A DNA stretch of 24,641 bases from Utricularia gibba (Eukaryota; Plantae; Magnoliophyta). The first letter of the stretch is position 1, and every line of letters starts with the position of its first letter. Of this stretch, positions 20,657 through 24,641 are shown one piece after another. The stretch is from positions 1 to 24,641 of the forward strand of contig NEEC01000187.1 in assembly GCA_002189035.1 (NCBI GenBank), written 5' to 3'. The translations under genes and the position numbers were made by a program. The notes below the pieces were generated by a model. The model saw only the letters and a list, made by a program, of their open reading frames with translations. It did no database searches and was not told the DNA's origin.

Positions 20657-20904
20657 GTTGAGCGAGGACGGCCAATTTTAGAGACTCGATGGGCCATTCT
20701 TCGATCAGCGTCCTACTATCTAGTTCAAACTCAAAGTCACATTATTTTGCACAATTTCGTATGAATGAATATGGGATATGATCCGTTGGAAGCCCAAGTG
20801 TTAGAGAATTTTACTGAATCTGCTGAGCAAGGGGTTGTGAGTTCATAACAGCTGTTGAAACCTCTCCAGGGTGGTGTGCGTGGCGTGATGAGCTTTCTAC
20901 AATG
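20657..20904 (+). pseudogene. Harbinger transposase fragment, unit 9
   Basis: A 1-bp deletion joins the first two frames; the ORF track reads ...SHIILHNFV*. Confidence 0.8.
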
Positions 20905-20921
20905 ACAAAAAAAATATTTTT

Positions 20922-21822
20922 ATAATCATGTGATATATGTTTATTAAAATATAAATAATGTAAATACGTTAGTTATTAAAGCATATACTACATGTGAAAG
21001 TTTCTTAGTTTTTAATTTTATTAGCATTCGACCCTTAGTTATACTTTGGATGGAGTGTGCATTTTTATTTTAATCATTTTAATTAGCATTCGATCCTTGG
21101 TTAAGATTCCAATCGAGTGTATATTTTTTATTTGAACGATTCTATTTGCATTCGATTCTAAGATATGATGCGGATCGAGCGTATATTTTTTATTTTAATA
21201 TTTTTATTGGCTTTCGGTCTTTAGACATGATTCGGATCGAGTGGAGATGGTTTACTTGAAACTTGTGTTAACGCTCGATCCTTAGGAGCAATGTGGAGCG
21301 TGTTTACATTGCAAGGGCACACGGGCGTGGGTTGTGCGTAAACCACGCCCGTGTGGCATGGCATTGTAATGTATACACGTTCTAAATTGCTCCTAACGGT
21401 GGAACGCTAATTAAGATTTAAAATAAATGAATATGCACTCGATCCAAAGTATACCTAAGGATCTAAGGCTAATAAAAATATGAGAGTGAAAAATATACGC
21501 TCGATCCGCAGCATACCTAACGTTCGAATGCTAATAAAAAATATTAAAATAAAAAATACGCGCTCGATCCGCATTATACTTAAGGATCGAATGATAATAA
21601 AAATATTTAAAGTAAAAAAATAGCAAATATGATCTCTGAATCATAACCAAGGATCGAATGCTAATTAAATTGACTAAAGTAAAAATACACACTCCATCCA
21701 AAGTACAACTGAGGATCAAATGGTAATAATTAAGTCAAAGAAGCTTTCACAGTTATCCTACGGTTTAATAAATAATGTATTTCAATTATTTATAATTTAA
21801 TAAACCTATATCATATGATTAT
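20922..21822. mobile_element. Foldback element, copy 10
   Basis: Same ends and modules as copy 2; 2-bp CT insertion near 21634. Confidence 0.7.
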
Positions 21823-22153
21823 GATTAGAGATGGGCCTGGGTTGGATCCATTCAGGTTCGGACCCAACCCGATGAAATTCTGGGTATTACAGTTTGCATG
21901 ACCCATGGGGTTGTCTTTCTGTTCAACCCGAACGGGTTAAACCCTACGGGTTTTGATTGGGCCCGAACCGAACCAAGGGTTTATCAATTTTATTTTTTAT
22001 TTTTGGCTTATTGTATTTTATGGTTGTTTTCTTTTTTTCCACGGCCGTATGGCCTTGTGGCTGCTGCTCGAGCACGCGGGCATTAACCAAGCCCATGTGG
22101 CCTCGTGGTGCTGCTGCGTATGCACACGGGCTGGGGGTCGCGCCGGGCATGAG

Positions 22154-22990
22154 CCCAAAGTCAGTTTTAGCCCGGCGAAAAAAGGGATGCATTTCTTAGC
22201 GTTGGGTTATCACGAGCCGCCTAATTTTTTTTCGTGGAACACCATCTAGTTTTGTGGGGGGCGCTCTCGAGGGCCCTTGGCTTGGGCCCCGGGTTCGGTC
22301 TGGCTGATGAGCCCACTCTGGTCCCACTCGGCGAAAATCGTGACACATTTGTTGAAATTAGGATGTCACGTGCACCCAACACGGTTTTTTCAACAACACG
22401 CTTTATACTTGTGGAGACGCTCTCGGGGGGCACTCGAATCTTCCCATACGTCGTACCAGGCTCGAGCGTAAAGTCATTGTAGCCCGGCAAAGAAAGTGAT
22501 GCATTTATTAACTTTGGGTTGTCACGAGCCGCCTAAATGGTTTTCCATGGAACACCTTCTAGTTTTGGGGGGGAGGGGAGCGGGCGCTGCGCCTCGTCCG
22601 GGCCCCGGGAGCCCGGTCCCGTCCGACTCGACGAAAATCGTGATGCATTTGTTGAAGTTAGGATGTCACGAGAACCGCACACGGTTTTTTTCAACAACAC
22701 ACTTTATACTTAAGGAGGAGCTCTCGGTGGGGCACCCTGATCGAGCCGGAGGTCGTGCCGAACTCAGGCCCAAAGTCAGCAGTAGCGCGCCAAAAAAAGT
22801 GATGCATTTATTAACGTTGGGTTGTGACGAGACGCGTATATGGTTTTTGAAGGAACACCTCCTCGTATTGAGGCGGGCGCTCTCGAGGGGCCCTTGGCCC
22901 GGGCCCCGGGTTCGGACGGGCTCATGGGCCCACTCGACGAAAATCATGATGCATTTGTTGAAATTGGGATGTCACGTGCACCCCACATTT
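22154..22990. repeat. GC-rich subrepeat block, unit 10
   Basis: Copy of 1207-2041. Confidence 0.9.
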
Positions 22991-23239
22991 GTTGAGCGAG
23001 GACGGCCAATTTTAGAGACTCGATGGGCCATTCTTCGATCAGCGTCCTACTATCTAGTTCAAACTCAAAGTCACATTATTCTTGCACAATTTCGTATGAA
23101 TGAATATGGGATATGATCCGTTGGAAGCCCAAGTGTTAGAGAATTTTACTGAATCTGCTGAGCAAGGGGTTGTGAGTTCATAACAGCTGTTGAAACCTCT
23201 CCAGGGTGGTGTGCGTGGCGTGATGAGCTTTCTACAATG
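22991..23239 (+). pseudogene. Harbinger transposase fragment, unit 10
   Basis: Copy carrying the same frameshifts and stop. Confidence 0.8.
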
Positions 23240-23256
23240 ACAAAAAAAATATTTTT

Positions 23257-24151
23257 ATAATCATGTGATATATGTTTATTAAAATATAAATAATGTAAAT
23301 ACGTTAGTTATTAAAGCATATACTACATGTGAAAGTTTCTTAGTTTTTAATTTTATTAGCATTCGACCCTTAGTTATACTTTGGATGGAGTGTGCATTTT
23401 TATTTTAATCATTTTAATTAGCATTCGATCCTTGGTTAAGATTCCAATCGAGTGTATATTTTTTATTTGAACGATTCTATTTGCATTCGATTCTAAGATA
23501 TGATGCGGATCGAGCGTATATTTTTTTATTTAATATTTTTATTGGCTTTCGGTCTTTAGACATGATTCGGATCGAGTGGAGATGGTTTACTTGAAACTTG
23601 TGTTAACGCTCGATCCTTAGGAGCAATGTGGAGCGTGTTTACATTGCAAGGGCACACGGGCGTGGGTGCGTAAACCACGCCCGTGTGGCATGGCATTGTA
23701 ATGTATACACGTTCTAAATTGCTCCTAACGGTGGAACGCTAATTAAGATTTAAAATAAATGAATATGCACTCGATCCAAAGTATACCTAAGGATCTAAGG
23801 CTAATAAAAATATGAGAGTGAAAAATATACGCTCGATCCGCAGCATACCTAACGTTCGAATGCTAATAAAAAATATTAAAATAAAAAATACGCGCTCGAT
23901 CCGCATTACTTAAGGATCGAATGATAATAAAAATATTTAAAGTAAAAAAATAGCAAATATGATCTGAATCATAACCAAGGATCGAATGCTAATTAAATTG
24001 ACTAAAGTAAAAATACACACTCCATCCAAAGTACAACTGAGGATCAAATGGTAATAATTAAGTCAAAGAAGCTTTCACAGTTATCCCTACGGTTTAATAA
24101 ATAATGTATTTCAATTATTTATAATTTAATAAACCTATATCATATGATTAT
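23257..24151. mobile_element. Foldback element, copy 11
   Basis: Same ends and modules as copy 2; 3-bp loss at the hairpin loop. Confidence 0.7.
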
Positions 24152-24641
24152 GATTAGAGATGGGCCTGGGTTGGATCCATTCAGGTTCGGACCCAACCCG
24201 ATGAAATTCTGGGTATTACAGTTTGCATGACCCATGGGGTTGTCTTTCTGTTCAACCCGAACGGGTTAAACCCTACGGGTTTTGATTGGGCCCGAACCGA
24301 ACCAAGGGTTTATCAATTTTATTTTTTATTTTTGGCTTATTGTATTTTATGGTTGTTTTTCTTTTTTCCACGGCCGTATGGCCTTGTGGCTGCTGCTCGA
24401 GCACGCGGGCATTAACCAAGCCCATGTGGCCTCGTGGTGCTGCTGCGTATGCACACGGGCTGGGGGTCGCGCCGGGCATGAGCCCAAAGTCAGTTTTAGC
24501 CCGGCGAAAAAAGGGATGCATTTCTTAGCGTTGGGTTATCACGAGCCGCCTAATTTTTTTTCGTGGAACACCATCTAGTTTTGTGGGGGGCGCTCTCGAG
24601 GGGCCCTTGGCTTGGGCCCCGGGTTCGGTCTGGCTGATGAG
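23281..24641. repeat. Unit 11 (partial, cut by the window end)
   Basis: Begins at the anchor and ends inside the first GC-rich monomer. Confidence 0.95.
24483..24641. repeat. GC-rich subrepeat block, unit 11 (partial)
   Basis: First monomer only, cut by the window end. Confidence 0.85.

Larger units (their letters stand above)
18611..20945. repeat. Unit 9 (2,335 bp)
   Basis: Anchor-to-anchor distance. Confidence 0.95.
20946..23280. repeat. Unit 10 (2,335 bp)
   Basis: Anchor-to-anchor distance. Confidence 0.95.
1..24641. repeat. Tandem macrosatellite array, ~2,335-bp unit, ~10.6 copies, extending past both window edges
   Basis: The anchor AAAATATAAATAATGTAAATACG recurs at 1, 2325, 4639, 6956, 9277, 11608, 13941, 16276, 18611, 20946 and 23281. 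The ORF track repeats with the same period. No unique sequence lies between units. Confidence 0.99.

Noticed and set aside
1-24641. Concatemer of a small plasmid, virus or satellite replicon
   Set aside because: No Rep, capsid or other intact ORF is present, and the content is degenerate plant transposon sequence. A host-derived circle remains possible and is covered in the findings.

Overview
The whole window is one head-to-tail tandem array of a ~2,335-bp unit (10 full copies plus a partial 11th, all in the same orientation). Copies differ almost only by small indels. The sequence looks like plant nuclear heterochromatin; I find no intact gene, RNA gene or CRISPR array, and the ORF track is mostly noise from the repeats. 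Each unit is a composite of four unrelated parts. (1) A ~900-bp AT-rich foldback palindrome whose arms are built from ~62-bp modules, each carrying a TCGATCC-N13-GGATCGA dyad, with a GC-rich perfect hairpin at the apex. (2) A ~160-bp segment starting TAGAGATGGGC, rich in ACCCG/CGGGT motifs, possibly a hAT element end, followed by a ~170-bp linker. (3) ~840 bp of GC-rich subrepeats: six ~150-bp monomers arranged as three ~300-bp dimers. (4) A ~250-bp frameshifted remnant of a PIF/Harbinger transposase C-terminus (VER...RWAILRS...LHNFV*MNMGYDPLE...EFITAVETSPGWCAWRDELSTM). The best reading is a young, transposon-derived chimeric macrosatellite, possibly amplified by rolling circle. Species, chromosomal position and function cannot be determined from the sequence alone. 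Many differences between copies may be long-read consensus errors.
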